From: Marsupella aquatica
Taxonomy: Eukaryota > Plantae > Marchantiophyta
Length of the DNA stretch: 64,000 nucleotides
Assembly: GCA_973895155.1 (NCBI GenBank)
Contig: OZ316894.1
Coordinates: forward strand, 12,378,828 to 12,442,827
Direction of reading: 5' to 3'
Part shown: piece by piece, positions 10,712-24,914 of the stretch
Layout of the letters: each line of letters starts with the position of its first letter
How positions within the stretch are numbered: the stretch's first letter is position 1
The notes under the pieces: generated by a model
Seen by the model: the letters and a program-made list of their open reading frames with translations, nothing else
Database searches by the model: none
Told to the model about the DNA's origin: nothing
Translations under genes and position numbers: made by a program

Positions 10712-13700
10712 ATGCCTCCAGGCGAGCAGCAGCAGGTTGTGGTGAATGAGAGCAGTAATAGTATTTCTGTAGGGATGGTGAATGGGTCTGACGACACCCC
10801 AGCAGCACCACAAGAGAAGCGGTCGCCAATGCACACCCCCGGAAATAATAAGGCGTCCACCCGGAATGAACATAGGGCGCCGCGGTCTGTATCTGGCATG
10901 TCAGTAAGAACGATGAGGTATCTATACTATGCCCGCCCCTCCCTACCTACTGTAATGTGGCCCTACCGCTGCCTGAGTGCCCCCGACTAGCATCATTTAC
11001 GGATGGAATGAAAGACTGAATGGAAAGCTCTGATGATGATGTAGAAGTCTCGGTAATAATGGAGCTTTCATTCGATGCCACTAAAGAGTCTAAAGCTTTC
11101 AGATCCTAGTCTGTGGTACTCCAGTGTTCAATGGCTAGGGCCCCAGTAGTGTAAGGCCAGTAACGGCACGGACGCGAGACTTTATTATTCTTGCCCTTGC
11201 TCTCGCCGTACCACAAGAAGCTTCCCATGGCTTATTTTCGATCTCTATCTCGAGAAGCCAGAGTATCAGCATTGTTAGTATTTTCACCACAAGGAACGGG
11301 TAGTCCAACCCACCACTTATGAGAACGTCCTACGGCTGTGCATTGGTCGAGTCCGCTTTACCTTAGACTTGGAAAAGTCTGATGGATAGAGCTTTTATTG
11401 AGGGCAGGACCGTTCTCTAATCGTCCAATGCGAGTAGTGTTGTTCTCGTCCCGTTTGTTTCTCTCTCCACCGCCGTGGGAGCTGTTTTCTCCTCTCTTTG
11501 GAGTTGGACTGGACTGGACTGGACTGGACTGCTCCTTTGAAGCCTGTGGCCGCATTCTTACTCTCATGGCTATTATTTTATCTTCCCAGTAGTTTGCTCC
11601 AGTGTCCGTCCCTCCTCTCGAATCTCGTCGTCCTCTAGGTTTCTCGAACGCAATACAAAATTGTTGCTCCCATGGTGAAGGGAAGTGGACGGTGGTTGAA
11701 CGCGAAGAATGCAGTGGTGTTTTCGCTTGGCACTGCACCAGCGCAGTGTTCACTGAGCCGGGAAATGTAGCTTGTGGAAGTTGATACAGCATTGAACTTG
11801 ATTTTGTCGTGCTTCATTGCAGAGACTGGAACGCTGCATTAGCTATGGAAGACCCGGATGGAGTGTTGGCCCGTGTTGCACAGCGTATCGAGCAACTGCG
11901 GACAGTCGTATCGACGCCCTACGACAAAGAGGTGGTGTCAAGGCAATTATTTGAGCTAGCAGATAGCAGCGAAGATGCGAGGATTGCTGTGGGATCTCAC
12001 TCCCAAGCCATACCTTTGCTCGTCGGCTTGCTCAGATCGGGGACGATCGCCGCGAAGATCAATGCTGCTGCTACTCTTGGAGTGCTATGCAAAGAGGAGG
12101 ATTTACGGGTAAGAGTTCTTCTCGGAGGTTGTGTTCCACCTTTGCTGCATTTGCTGAAGTCTGGATCTGCGGACGCTCAGACTGCGGCCGCGAGAGCCAT
12201 TCATGCTGTCTCTCAAGGCGGTGCGAGGGACCATGTCGGCTCCAAGATTTTTTCGACAGAGGGAGTCGTCCCCAATTTGTGGCAACAACTGCAGGATGGT
12301 CAAAAACTAGATAAATCAGTCGACGGTCTTCTCACAGGTGCTCTGAGACATCTCTGTAACAGCACTGAGGGGTTTTGGCCCGCGACATTGCAAGCTGGTG
12401 GAGTGGAGATTTTAGTAAAGTTGCTCGTTTCCGGGAGCCCTACCGCCCAAGCGAATGCATCCTCTCTTTTGGCGAGTATGATGTTCGCTGTGGAACAGAG
12501 TGCGGCTCGGGTGCTCGGTGCTGGAGCCACCGAGCCATTGCTAGATCTTCTCGGATCTGGGAATGAGATATCGGTTCGAGCCGAAGCAGCTGGAGCTCTG
12601 AAATCTCTGTCCTCCAAGCTGAAGGAGGCGAAGCAGGGTATAGTGGCAGCTGGTGGCATTGCGCATCTGATCAGCGCCACTGTGGCGCCTTCGAAGGAGT
12701 TCATGCAGGGGGAGTTTGCCCAGCTCTTGCAAGAGAATGCAATGGGAGCTTTGGCTAACATTTCCGGAGGCATGCCCGCTGTCATTTTGAGCCTCGCCGA
12801 GAGCACCGACTCCGGCCGTTCTGAAGCAGAGCTTGCGGATACAATCGGGGCACTTGCATATGCGCTAATGGTTCTCGACGAGAGCTCCGAGGCTGCTGAT
12901 CTGGTCGGTCCAGGTATGATTGAGCGTGTTCTCGAGAAGCATCTTGATCCAGGATCGTCGCAGCTCGTTCAAGAGTGTGCTGTTGAAGCGCTCGCTAGCT
13001 TGTATGGTAATGCATACTTGTCCAAGGGCTTGCAGCATGCCGAAGGAAAGAAAATGCTCGTCGGGTTAGTGACCATGGCGAACGTTGAAGCTCGAGAGGA
13101 ACTGATGAGATCCCTTACAAGGTTATGTAGCGGTGAGACAGATCTATGGCAAGCTCTAAAAGGGCGCGAAGGAGTACAACTCTTGATCTCTTTACTCGGG
13201 CTGTCGACTGAACAACAACAGGAATACGCTGCAGCCCTCCTCTCTATTCTCTCTCAAGAGATTGACGAGAGCAAGTGGGCGATCACTGCTGCAGGGGGCA
13301 TCCCGCCTCTCGTGCAGCTATTGGAAACAGGGTCCTCGAAGGCGAAAGAAGATTCTGCGGTGATTCTGGGGAATCTTTGCAGTCACAGCGAAGATATTCG
13401 TGCGTGTGTTGAGACAGCGGAAGCTGTTCCTGCTCTCCTCTGGCTGCTGAAGAATGCTGGGCTGAAGGGGCAAGAGATTGCCTCACGGGCCTTGACGCAA
13501 TTAGTACGCAATTCGGACGCGAGCACAATTAGTCAATTGACTGCATTGCTCACGGGAGATTTGCCGGAGCTGAAGGTTCATGTTCTGGATCTGGTGGGTT
13601 GCTTACTTACGGTTGCCTCGCAGGAAGACATTTTAGAAGAGGGTACTGCTGCAAAGGAGGCCCTCCAGACAGTGATACAACTTCTTAGCTCGCACAATCC

Positions 13701-16700
13701 GGAAACCCAGCAAAGTGCGGCATCTGTGCTGGCTGGCATTTTCGATGCAAGGAAAGATCTTCGCGAAAGCCCCATTGTCGTCGAAAGTATCACTTCCCTT
13801 ATAGGTCTCGTAGATCTTCGAAATGAGCAAATCGCTTCCGAAGCAGCGCGTGCTCTCGCAGCCATCTTCCGTTCAACAAGATACAATCATGACGCCGCAA
13901 TGGCTGCGAAAGATGCTATCGGCCCGCTTATTGCTTTGGCTAAGTCTTCCAGCATTGCCGTTGCAGAAGTTGCCACTACGGCGCTTTCGAATCTTTTGCT
14001 TGATCCTGAACTTGCCGAAGAGGCTGCTGCTGAAGATCTCATTCGACCTCTCACCAGGATCCTGAGGGAAGGTTCTAGTAAAGGGAAGGAGCATGGCGCC
14101 GGGGCTCTAGCTAGACTCCTACGCTCTCGACCTGTGGACGATATACTGGCGGAAAGCATTCATCAGTGTGGCACTGTGCTTGCCTTAGTGGCTCTCTTGG
14201 CAGCCACAGATCTGGAAGATATTGCAACTGCAGAAGCACTCGATGCTCTCGCCTCCCTTGCAAGAGCCAAACGTGGGGGAGCTTTTAGTCGCCCTCCTTG
14301 GGCCGTGTTGGCGGAAGTTCCATACAGCATTGGTCCATTGGTAACTTGCCTCGCCGTTGGAACACCCAACCTTCAGGAGAAAGCAGTGGAGATTCTGTCA
14401 AGGCTTTGCGGGGATCAACCAGTCGTCCTTGGAGATCTAATTGCGGGAACTTCGAAATGTATTGGGGCTCTAGCAGATCGAGTTATCAATTCCTCGAGCT
14501 TGGAAGTGAAAGTCGGTGCGGCTGCATTATTGATATGTGCTGCTAAAGAGCATCGGCAGACAGCAATGGAGGCACTTGGTGAGGTTGGGTCGTATCATGG
14601 TCTCATTAAATCCCTCGTTGAGATGCTTGGGTATAAACCAGTGGAGGAAGTAGCTGATTCCAACGGTGACGTTTCTCACGATGATACAGTGAAAGATGGT
14701 CACAGAAAAAATGGAATGAATGGTGAAGAAGTGGTAGATAACGAATCTTTGGAGCATGATCCAGCAGCGATTCTGGGAGGCACTGTTGCTCTTTGGCTAC
14801 TTTGTGTAATTGCATCACATGACAGCAAGAGCAAGGTTGCTATCATGGAGGCCAACGCCATAGACGTGCTGACAGACAAGTTGGCGATTTTTGCACCAAA
14901 TGCCCGGCAGGTATGTTAAGATCACTGTAATTGTTTGTGGATCCGCTCATTCATGGAGCGTATTTGTCTGCCAACTGTGTGCAATTCTATCTTAGTTTTG
15001 ATCCTTATCACGAATGCATGTTCCATTCGTGATCTGTTTCGTTTTGGAGGCTTCCGAGTCTGTACTAGTGGGCGTTTGAAGTCCACATGTCCCTATCGCT
15101 ATCAGTTTCGATTCTGATGGTAGTTCTAGGGCTCGGCACATTCCGTCCGGATCTTGATTCTCTTCTCCCCGCGAAATTACGTGTCACAATAGGTCCTTTT
15201 CATTTCTCTACGAAGGCACTGTGTCACCAATAGTCGTGTGGCCAAAGTGAATTTTCTTGCTTTGGCAGCGGTTGCTATTTGTGAATCACGGCATACCTAG
15301 TGGTTCTTTCGTGCCTTTTAACCCCTGTGGATTGTCTCCTGCATCTGCCTGCGCCCCCCAACCTAGACTTGCTCTGTATCGGTCGTCAGCTTATATTCAA
15401 CCGAAAATGCTCCATTCTCTGCTCTTTAGCAGCCTTCAGAGTTATGTTTCGTCAATCGACCTCGAGTGCGACTGTCACCATTGCGCTATTTTTCGTCCGG
15501 AGTAGACTTCGCACTCAGAGACGTTCCTGGTCAATTGTACATTTTGTATAGGGTCAAACAGTGTACATACAGAGTGGTAAATCTATTCATGTGACTAGCA
15601 GCGGAGGCTCTGTAGAGGTCCTGACTGCTTTGAATTTCATGGGAATGGGTCAAGGATGTATGTACGGATCTGTCATTTCTATTATACTCCGAGCTAACTG
15701 CTTGGGATCTTCTCTGGCAGGCTGAGATTGAGGATAATGGCAGTACATGGGTGAGTGCGCTGCTGCTAGCTATTCTCTTTCAGGATCGAGATGTAACACG
15801 GGCACCTGCAACCATGCGGGCAATTCCGTCCCTGGCCACTCTTTTGAAATCTGACGAGTCAATTGACAGATATTTTGCTGCACAGGCACTCGCCAGTCTT
15901 GTATGCAATGGCAGTCGTGGTACTCTCCTGGCAGTGGCAAACTCAGGCGCTGCAGGGGGATTGATTCCACTTCTCGGCAGCGTGGAGTCGGACATTTCCA
16001 ACCTTGTTGCTCTCTCAGATGAGTTCTCACTGGCACGGAATCCAGAGCAGGTGGCCTTGGAGCGTTTGTTCAGAGTTGAGGATATTAGGTTTGGTGCCAC
16101 AGCTCGAAAGGCCATCCCAGCTTTGGTTGATATGCTGAAGCCCAGTTCAGATCGTCCAGGTGCACCTCCACTTGCACTGGGTTTACTTACACAGGTTGCG
16201 AAAGGCAGTAATACGAACAAGGTTGCAATGGCAGAAGCTGGAGCTTTGGATGCCTTGACTAAGTATCTGTCTCTGGGTCCACAAGATGCAATTGAGGAAG
16301 CCACTGCAGATCTTTTACGAGTTCTGTTTAGCAGTGCTGACTTGCGGCGCCATGAGTCTGCTGTGGGAGCAGTAGAACAACTTGTGGCTGTTCTGCGAAT
16401 GGGTACACGGGGTGCCCGCTACAGCGCTGCTGCAGCACTACAAGGTCTGTTTACTGCTGACAACATCAAGATTGGCGATGCAGCAGGTCAAGCTATCCAA
16501 CCCCTCGTAGAAATGCTGAGTTCCGGCTCAGAAAAGGAGCAACGGGCAGCTATTGGTGCATTGATCAAGTTGTCAGCGGACAATCCTCCAAAAGCTCTGG
16601 CTATAGCTGAGGCGGAGGCAAATGCAATTGAAGGATTGACTAGAGTGCTGCTGTCAGAGAATAGTTCATTAGAGCTAAAGGAGGATACAGCAGAGCTTTC

Positions 16701-19529
16701 TCGCATTTTATTTGGAAATTCACGAGTGCGCTCCAGCCCCGCTGCCACAAGCTGCATTCAACCACTAGTTGCACTTTTAGGTAGTGATGTGAGCTCGGCT
16801 CAGCAAGCAGGTGCTCGTGCCCTTGATAACCTTTTGGATGATGAACTGCAAGCCGAGGCTGTGGCAGCAAATGGTGCGGTCGTTCCTCTCGTCGGACTCC
16901 TACTCGGTTCAAACTACATAATGCATGAAGCTGCAGTTAGCTCACTCATCAAATTGGCAAAAGACCGACCTCTTTGCAAACTTGACATGGTGAAAGCTGG
17001 AGTCATTGAAAATGTTCTTGACCTCCTTCACGTTGGTCCTGATTCTCTGACTTCAGTCATTGCTGAGCTTCTGCGGATATTAACCAACAATAGCAGCATT
17101 GCCAAAGGTGCAGCTGCTGCCCAGGTGGTGACACCTCTGTTCTCTGCTTTGACACGACCGGATATGAGCACCCAGGGTCAGCACAGTGCCATGCAGGTTC
17201 TCGTCAATATCTTGGAAAAGCCTGAAAGACTGGCCAGTCAGCAGCTTACGCCAAACCAAGCAATTGAACCTTTGGTTGTTTTGTTGGATTCTCCATCTCA
17301 ACCTGTTCAACAACTTGCCGCCGAGCTTCTCTCACATTTGCTTGCACAAGAGAACTTCCAGCGAGATGTTATCACACAGCAAGCTGTGATTCCTCTTGTT
17401 AGGCTTGTGGGTGTAGGAGCACCAAGCTTACAAAAAGAAGCCCTAAAGGCGTTAGAAAGTGCTTCAAACAGCTGGCCCAATGCAGTGGCGGAGGCGGGTG
17501 GTATTACAGAGTTGTCAAAAGTCATCGTTCAAGTCGATCCCCAGCCTCCCCATGCTGTGTGGGAGGTTGCAGCTTTGGTCCTTTCTAACGTCCTCCGGTT
17601 TAGCTCTCCTTACTATCTTAAAATACCCGTTGCGGTCTTAGTTAAGCTGTTGAGGTCCAGTTCAGAAGCTACGGTGGTGGTCGCTCTCAACGCCCTTCTC
17701 GTCATTGAGAGGGATGACTCTACAAGTGCAGAACAGATGGCTGAAAACGGTGCAATTGAGGCTCTATTGGAACTGCTCAGGTGTCATCAGAACGAAGAAG
17801 CTGCTGCTCGATTGTTGGAAGCTTTGTTTAACAATCTCAAGGTACGGGACATGAAAGTGTCAAAGATGGCAATCTCACCACTGTCACAATACTTACTAGA
17901 TCCGCAAACGAGAATGCAGCCCGCAAGATTACTGGCTGCCCTTGCATTGGGCGATCTATTCCAGAATGAGGCGCTTTCACGCACAACAGATGCAGTCTCA
18001 GCTTGTCGGGCATTGGTGAGTATGCTGGAGGATCAACCAACAGAAGAGATGAAAATGGTAGCGGTGTGTGCTTTGCAAAATCTTGTGTGCAATAGTCGAT
18101 CAAATACACGCGCTGTGGCAGAGGCAGGCGGTATCCAGGTTGTGCAAGAGTTACTCGCATCCAGTGCTTCTGACACTGCAGGACAAGCGGCATCACTAAT
18201 TAAGTTACTATTTTCAAACCTCACCATTCAAGAGTATGCTTCAAGTGACGTTATAAGATCACTGTCAGGTATGCTCTGCAGGAACCATGACACGAGATTA
18301 TTTGTGATGTTTCTATATCTCAATCTGCCCTCTGCCAATTGTCTGGGAATCTCATTCCAAATGGTTGCTATCAGAGACTGACTGAGTTTTCGGTTGTGTT
18401 TCGATGGTCGTTCTGTGAGGAATTTCGTTGCAGTCCTTGTTTGATCGAATGTCGAGTAGCTAACAAAGGTTTCAGAGCTTGCGTGACGCATTGGTTTTAT
18501 CGAGGTTTTTTAATTTCTGGATTTGTTGTGAACAGCTGCAATTGAGAAGGACCTGTGGGCTACAGCTTCTGTAAATGAGGAGTCCATCAAAGCAATTGAC
18601 GTTTTATTTGCCAATTTCCCACGGCTTCGAGGCACAGACGAGGCAACTGCGTGCATTCCCCAACTTGTTGGAGCATTAAAAACTGGTACAGAGGGAGCGC
18701 AAGAAGCAGCTCTGGATTGTCTATTCCTGATGCGGCAAGCCTGGCCTTCCTGTCCACCAGAACTAGCAGCTGCTCAGTCTTCAGCTGCCGCAGAGGCAAT
18801 TCCTGTGTTGCAATACCTGTTGAAATCTGCTGCCCCGCGATTCCATGAGAGGGCAGATATCCTTTTGCAATGCTTGCCGGGAAGCTTGGTGGTGACCATC
18901 AAGCGAGGAAATAATCTGAAGCAGTCAATGGGAAGCACAAATGCCTTCTGCAAACTTACACTTGGGAACGGGGCGCCAAGGCAGACTAAGGTGCTCATTT
19001 GGACCATTGTCACGGACAAGTTCACCCGAATATTTTGTAATTTCTATCTATCTATCGATCTATGGTAGGCAGTGCAGATCTGTGTACATTAATATTGGTA
19101 CACTAGATGTCTACATCATTTAATGTACCAAATCGGGGGATCCCTCAAAACTTACACAGTTTTGACTTTTGACAGGTTGTCTCCCACACTACTACACCAG
19201 AGTGGAAACAAGGATTTGCATGGGCGTTTGATACACCACCAAAAAGGCAGAAATTGCATATTTCCTGCAAGAGCAAGGGTGCATTCGGCAAGGTACAGTT
19301 GCAATGTTCTTGTTTGAGGTCGTTGTGTTTGTGCCCTCACCCTGCACACATTCCCGAATCTAACATCTGTATGTTGTGTCAACAGGGATCACTGGGGAAG
19401 GTTACTATAGAAATTGATCGGGTGGTGTCGACAGGGACCCTCAGTGGACAGTATACACTGATGCCTGATGCTAATCGAGATGGTACTCCGCGAACACTGG
19501 AAATTGAGTTTCAGTGGTCAAACAGGTGA
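10712..19529 (+). CDS. CSI1: CELLULOSE SYNTHASE INTERACTIVE 1 / POM2 (ARM-repeat protein with C-terminal C2 domain), ~2185 aa; exons 10712-10917, 11823-14910, 15721-18268, 18536-18990, 19176-19292, 19386-19529
   Basis: Motifs [68 protein letters not shown] and the end [10 protein letters not shown]. All introns are GT-AG with consistent phases (6558 nt). Exon 1 is inferred from a phase-2 donor at 10918 matching the acceptor at 11822. Confidence 0.96.
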
Positions 19530-20378
19530 TTCGCATAACGTAACGGAGATATTGATGACTAGTAGGGTAACCCATTAGAGTTTGTATGATTCTTTAGTTA
19601 GATATAATTATTTGGTTTCCCTCTTTCAGTCAATAATTTTGCCATTTGGACGAGGTCCAGAGTGTTGCATGGCTAATGGTCACATATGACATTGGGAATA
19701 TTGTACAAAGCCCAGTTTTGTCCTGTCGCAGGGAATTTGTAACATTGGTGTAAATGATTAACTAGCTGATATTAATCACGTAATCTTTCAGCTGTGAGAA
19801 ATGTCCATTCCACTGAGCTCACTGATATGAATAATTGAGTGGTAAACATCGGGAAGTTCTTTCCTGAAGGCGTATCATGATTTGTTTTCTGTCCTTCTCG
19901 GTGAAGCAATTAGATTTTGTTAAGATGTGAGGTTGACCCTACGGTACGAATGAGCTGGATGAGCTGGCCTATTACCTGCTGTATGGCCAACTTGAGGCTG
20001 TGTCCATTTACACAGCTGCCCGGAGGACTTTCAAACTCTTCCCCGATTGTTACTAAGAAAGAACTCATTTGAATTCTTTTTGAAGTGCAACTCTTTCCGA
20101 ATTTAACGACGGAGATGGAAAGTTGTGGTATTGGTCTAAAATGCACGGAGTTGATGGGAACCGTAAACAGGCTAATCGAAACAACAGACTGGTAGAGCAT
20201 TGTAGTGACCGCCAAGGTATTTGGTAATAGGAAAAATACAATCCAAGAGACTTGTACCGAGAAGTCTTCTGTCCTTCGTAATTAAGAAAAAAAATATTGC
20301 ATTTCTTACGACCTCGAAAAATGGAAAGCTACGCAAATTGAAATGTCTGGCCCCAGTTTTAACTATCAAGGTCCGGAA

Positions 20379-20509
20379 GTTGATCCATCGATGTGGGTAA
20401 TTGCACTGGAAAGAGATTGTCTCTAAACCACAAGAAAGAGGGTGTTGATCCATCGATGTGGGTAATTGTACTGGAAAGAGATGGTCTCTAAACAACAAGA
20501 AAGAGGGTG
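20379..20509. repeat. tandem duplication, 2 x 65 bp
   Basis: GTTGATCCATCGATGTGGGTAATTG(C/T)ACTGGAAAGAGAT...CAAGAAAGAGGGTG starts at 20379 and again at 20444. Confidence 0.9.
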
Positions 20510-21615
20510 GCCAACCGCTCACGCCTTTGTCGTCTCTGAGGTGAACTGTTTCTTTTCGAAAGCTTGCATTCCTCCTCGAAGATGGCTTTGTGTGGTGCCA
20601 GATGTCCATTTCCATCGAAATGACTTTCTGAAAGCCAACGAGTCATGACTAAGTATTGCGTATATTCATTCCGAAGTTTCAGTGCATTACTTTAAATTTC
20701 AGTACCATGATAAACGCACAACCTTCACAATACCTAAACGCCCTCGTCTGTTTTTCTGTTTTTCTGTTTCACAACCTTCACCTGGAGCAGAACTTAGAAT
20801 GTGGAGAAGGGCACGCCTGTCCAGTGTATTAGCAATTGGTTAAAAGTTTAAAAGCGACCACAACAAGTGAGTGAATTTGTGTGCATGTATTTATCTATTC
20901 CTTATCTATTCTTCATAGAATAGGCTGAAATTCTTGAACTTCGGGAGTGCCCTGGGAAAAACATGCACTGGCTCAAAGCAGAGTAAATCACTCACACACG
21001 AGTGCGTTCTCTCACTCCAACCCGTGTGGACCAAAGGGAATCACGTGCGTTTGGAGCTTGTTAGAATACGTTGATCCTAATGTCCCACGTTCAGACCTCG
21101 TGTGGGTTTCCCATCCTTTCCCGTTCCTCGCGAAGTCATCTCTCTAAGCTTCCGAAGCTGCCTGAGTTTTGAGCTAGAATGCACAAGCGCGAATTTGGGT
21201 AGGATTTTCGCTGTAGCAGCAGTTTATTCATGTATATTGATAGAATGCTGCGGAACTTGATTGTTCGTGTTCATTGGAGATCCTGCTGGAGGTCTGTGCC
21301 AATGGTGATCGGTGTTTCACATGAAGTTCAGAGGAGAGTCAAAATGAAGCAGGAAGGAACCCTGTGAATGTTGAACTTGGATTTGCTAGATCTTTTACAT
21401 TGTTTGGGGCTTTCATTCGCGGTACTGCTTTTTATGATAATACGGAGAATACCCGTCAAGTGCTTGATCTCATTCTGTAGAGTTGGTCGTGCAACACCCC
21501 ATGGCAGAGGTGACTGGAGGACTGTACATCCTGAAGTGAGTGACACTATGAGAACTGAGAACTGGAATCCTGATGAGTCAGATTTCGTTCACTTAGACAA
21601 GGAATGGTGGTGAGG

Positions 21616-21985
21616 TGTTGAATGACAAAAGAATTTGATATTGTTTTTAACAAGGTTTCAAGAGACCTGTTGAGTAAACAACCCTTACTCGTCAGACATG
21701 CACAATCATGGGCAACATCTTACAGATACACAACAGTCTACATAACAGATATGTGGTTCAATTTCACCACAGTCTACATTCCTGGGAACACAAGAACTCT
21801 GGGTCGGTCTATCATTCATATTCAGTCTCCACAAACTAAGCTCTCCTTACCTATCAACTACCTCTCTAACAATGAGCCTCAATTCCACTTTATAATTAAG
21901 TCCTGCTAATGAATATAGTAATGACAAATCTAACCTTACCCAAACACCTGACTAACTATCGTTACATAGTAACTCTAGACCAAAG
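21616..21985 (-). repeat. LTR-like dispersed repeat, copy A (~350 bp)
   Basis: Shares AAGCTCT..CT, TAACAATGAGCCT and ACTAACTAT blocks with the copies at 22598, 37852, 46080 and 46379. TG...CA-like ends. Confidence 0.55.
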
Positions 21986-22597
21986 ACTAAATACCTCATA
22001 GTAAAATGAGTCAATTGAAGTTGTGAGTACTCTTGCTGAGAGCTTTATAGTTGGTTCTGACAATGGAGAGGTTCAGATCCAGGGGCAATTGAGGTAAGTG
22101 TTCATGCCAAGGGTATGGGTGCTTCCCGATCTACCTTGGTTAGCAGGCATGGGGAAGGGAAAGGAGAGACTTCCATTAGACAACAACGAGAAGTGGGCAA
22201 TGAAACAAGGAGTCAATCTCAAAGAAGGTTTAATTAGGTTGGGATATGTCTATTGCCTTAGGGGACTTGCCATTGGGACAACTGGACAAATTACCAAGTA
22301 TTTTGTTTTCAAGGGCAGTTGAGATTATTGGATGGGATGCCTTATCCCTCATCTACACTTATGAACATTTGTAATGCTTTTAATCGCATTATCACATGCG
22401 CTAGTGACATGAGGTCTTTGAGAGGAGAGATAAATCTAGTGGCCTGGGATTTCAACATCAACTCTAATGCAAAGCTTGCAAAAACAAAGATGGTTGTTAC
22501 AGATGCACTTAAAAAAAAGTGCAAAGGAAAGAGTGAATAAGAAGACAAAGTTAGTGAGTATCACTCAGCCTGTTCATGATGTTAGGTCTTTACTGTC

Positions 22598-22938
22598 AAG
22601 TCTAGACTTACTATGTAACCGTTGTTAGTCAAGCCCTAGTCAGGTGCTTGGTTATGGTTGGATGTGCAACTACTATATATACTACCAGGACTTAGCTAGT
22701 GAGGGGAACTTAGGCTCATTGTTACAAAATCCATTGGGAGATTGGAAGAACTTAATTTGTGGAGACTCGCATGTTAGCCATACCGATCGGTATGGCCAGC
22801 ACAATTAGAGTCAGTAAAGTTCTCTTGAATGTTTGTTCCTGTGGTGATCAAGGTGATTCAACCATGAATCTCCTATGTCGACTCTTGTGTTTGGTGCATG
22901 TTGCAAATATATTTGTGTATGCTGTCGTATGAGTGACA
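22598..22938 (+). repeat. LTR-like dispersed repeat, copy B (inverted relative to A)
   Basis: GTCTAGACTTACTATGTAAC..GTTAGTCA..TATATAT..GGAACTTAGGCTCATTGTTAC aligns with the reverse complement of 21616-21985. Confidence 0.55.
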
Positions 22939-24738
22939 ATCGTTTTACTCAACAAATCAGTAGTAGTATATATGTTTTCTTTAATTAGGTTACCAATCTA
23001 TCTGATTGAGTTGAAAATTTTCTGGTCCTTGCAAGTTGAGATACTAACTCATGAACACGAGAGAGCCATATTGGCTTATACATATGCCAGAAATGTTTGG
23101 CCTCCTTTTGTCTATGGAGGCTCCCATTTGTAGAGCAGGCAAATTGGGGAACCTAGAGTCATCGAGATGATTTGTCTGTGTGCATGGATAGGGGTAGGAG
23201 AGAGTACCCGAGGTGAGTATTACACCAGATACTGGTAGCCTTAGCATATGCTGCTTGTGTTTATTTCTGATACTATTTGGTGGTTTTGTACTGCATATTT
23301 GAAGATGGACTAAGCAATACTAATTTGTACAGCAAGAAAATCATTACAATGAGGAGCACTTTTGTAATGTGTTCCATAGTTACTTCCATAATTACAGTGA
23401 CGACTTCCTGATGAGAGTGAGATGATAGTGAAGCAGTGTAGGCATCACTTGCCATGTATTGAGGAGGGAGAGAAACCTAAATTTTCTTTGCAGGCCATTA
23501 TTAACCCTTCTAGATTTGTCTGGTACAATAAGGTTCACAAAACCAGAAAGGATACCTTAGGAAGGTGGCTGTAGAAGGCCTCATTAGGGGGACTACTCCT
23601 TAATATTTTTCAACTCGGAGTGGGTGAGCAATGCTAATCACACGTCTAGCTGTTAGGGGAGTATGTGACTAAATTGAGATGCTCATTAGTGGACGTTCTA
23701 CAACCAGGGGATACAAGAGATATTGTTCAATGCAATCACTCAGAATGGAGGCTGCAGCCTTAGGAGGACTTTACAAGATGTCGGGGGCACTTGGGAGTTT
23801 TCTTCACCAAAGCAAACTGGAGGGCCATTGCACACACTAAATATAGTGTCCCGGGGCTAAAAGCATTTTTTGAATCCTTTTATCGCCCCCAAGGTCTTGT
23901 AAAGCCAAGTACAGCCAATGGTGCCAGATTAATTGACTAAAAGACAGATTGAGGACCCACTCCACCTGAATGTCATGTAATCTTTGGCTAAAGTCTTTGT
24001 AAATGTGAGAAGTGAGAAGAGAATATATTATGAAGGACTTGTGGGTCCCTTTTTGATGCAAATGACTTAAAATAGAAATGGACCAAGCGGCCAGAAGAAG
24101 AGACCACCAAGAAAGGTGGTCTAAAATCTAGGACAAAAGAGTGCTCCACATAAGCAAAAATTGGGCCCCACTGTATTCCATGTAGGATTGGTAACAGGTT
24201 CGGTTGAAAGTGCCCCCGACGTTTTGTAAAGTGAACAGCAGTAGTTTTTCTCAAATGGATGGCTCTGATCAGATCTTGGAGACCAAATTTTTTTTGGAAA
24301 CTGCCCCAATGTCTTGTAAAGCCACCCTTAGGCACTGCAAATCCTAAGCTAGATTATGAGAAAGTGCTCATGTGTCCAAGAACCTTTTTGGATGACGAGC
24401 TGGTTCAATCTTCTTCAATGTTGAAGCCCCTGATTGAAAGGGTGAGTGACAAATCAAATCTGTTGGTGGCATTACAGAATGGATTATAGGTAAGTTACTT
24501 ATATCCAAGTAATACTGGCCACCAGTTTAATTGGTGTATGCACACATATGTATGTGCACTCACAACTGATTGGGAGGCATCAAACCATTTAAAGGGGAAG
24601 GAGGAGAACAATGTGCAACTATCATTAACCAAGAAAAACAGGTCCATGTTGGTCATTAGTAATTAAATCTGGCTAACTGTAAGAGGATTTCTATGTTCTC
24701 ATTAATTTTTTTTCACTTACTACCTGCGTGCTTTGGAC

Positions 24739-24914
24739 CTTGCAAAAATGTATAGGTTAATTCCCTGAAATATTTGCCTCTGAAATGATTACAACCCTTA
24801 CATCCTGCCCCCTTTCTCAAAAAACTTGCAAATAAATGTATAGGTTAAGTCCCTGAAATATTTACCTCTGAAATGATTACAACCCTTACATCATGCCCCC
24901 TTTCTCAAAAAACT
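24739..24914. repeat. tandem duplication, 2 x ~87 bp
   Basis: AAATGTATAGGTTAA.TCCCTGAAATATTT.CCTCTGAAATGATTACAACCCTTACATC.TGCCCCCTTTCTCAAAAAACT occurs twice with 3 mismatches. Confidence 0.9.

Noticed and set aside
12087-18491. Many antisense and alternate-frame ORFs over CSI1 (also over ObgC and 27084-27794)
   Set aside because: They are shadows of long coding exons and carry no independent motifs.
20389-20466. TACCCACATCG (minus strand), similar to the plant snRNA USE, present twice
   Set aside because: No recognisable snRNA lies downstream, and the second copy is explained by the 65-bp tandem duplication.
22950-24500. Short broken ORFs suggesting a transposase remnant
   Set aside because: No diagnostic motif could be recognised by eye, so it was left unannotated pending TBLASTN.
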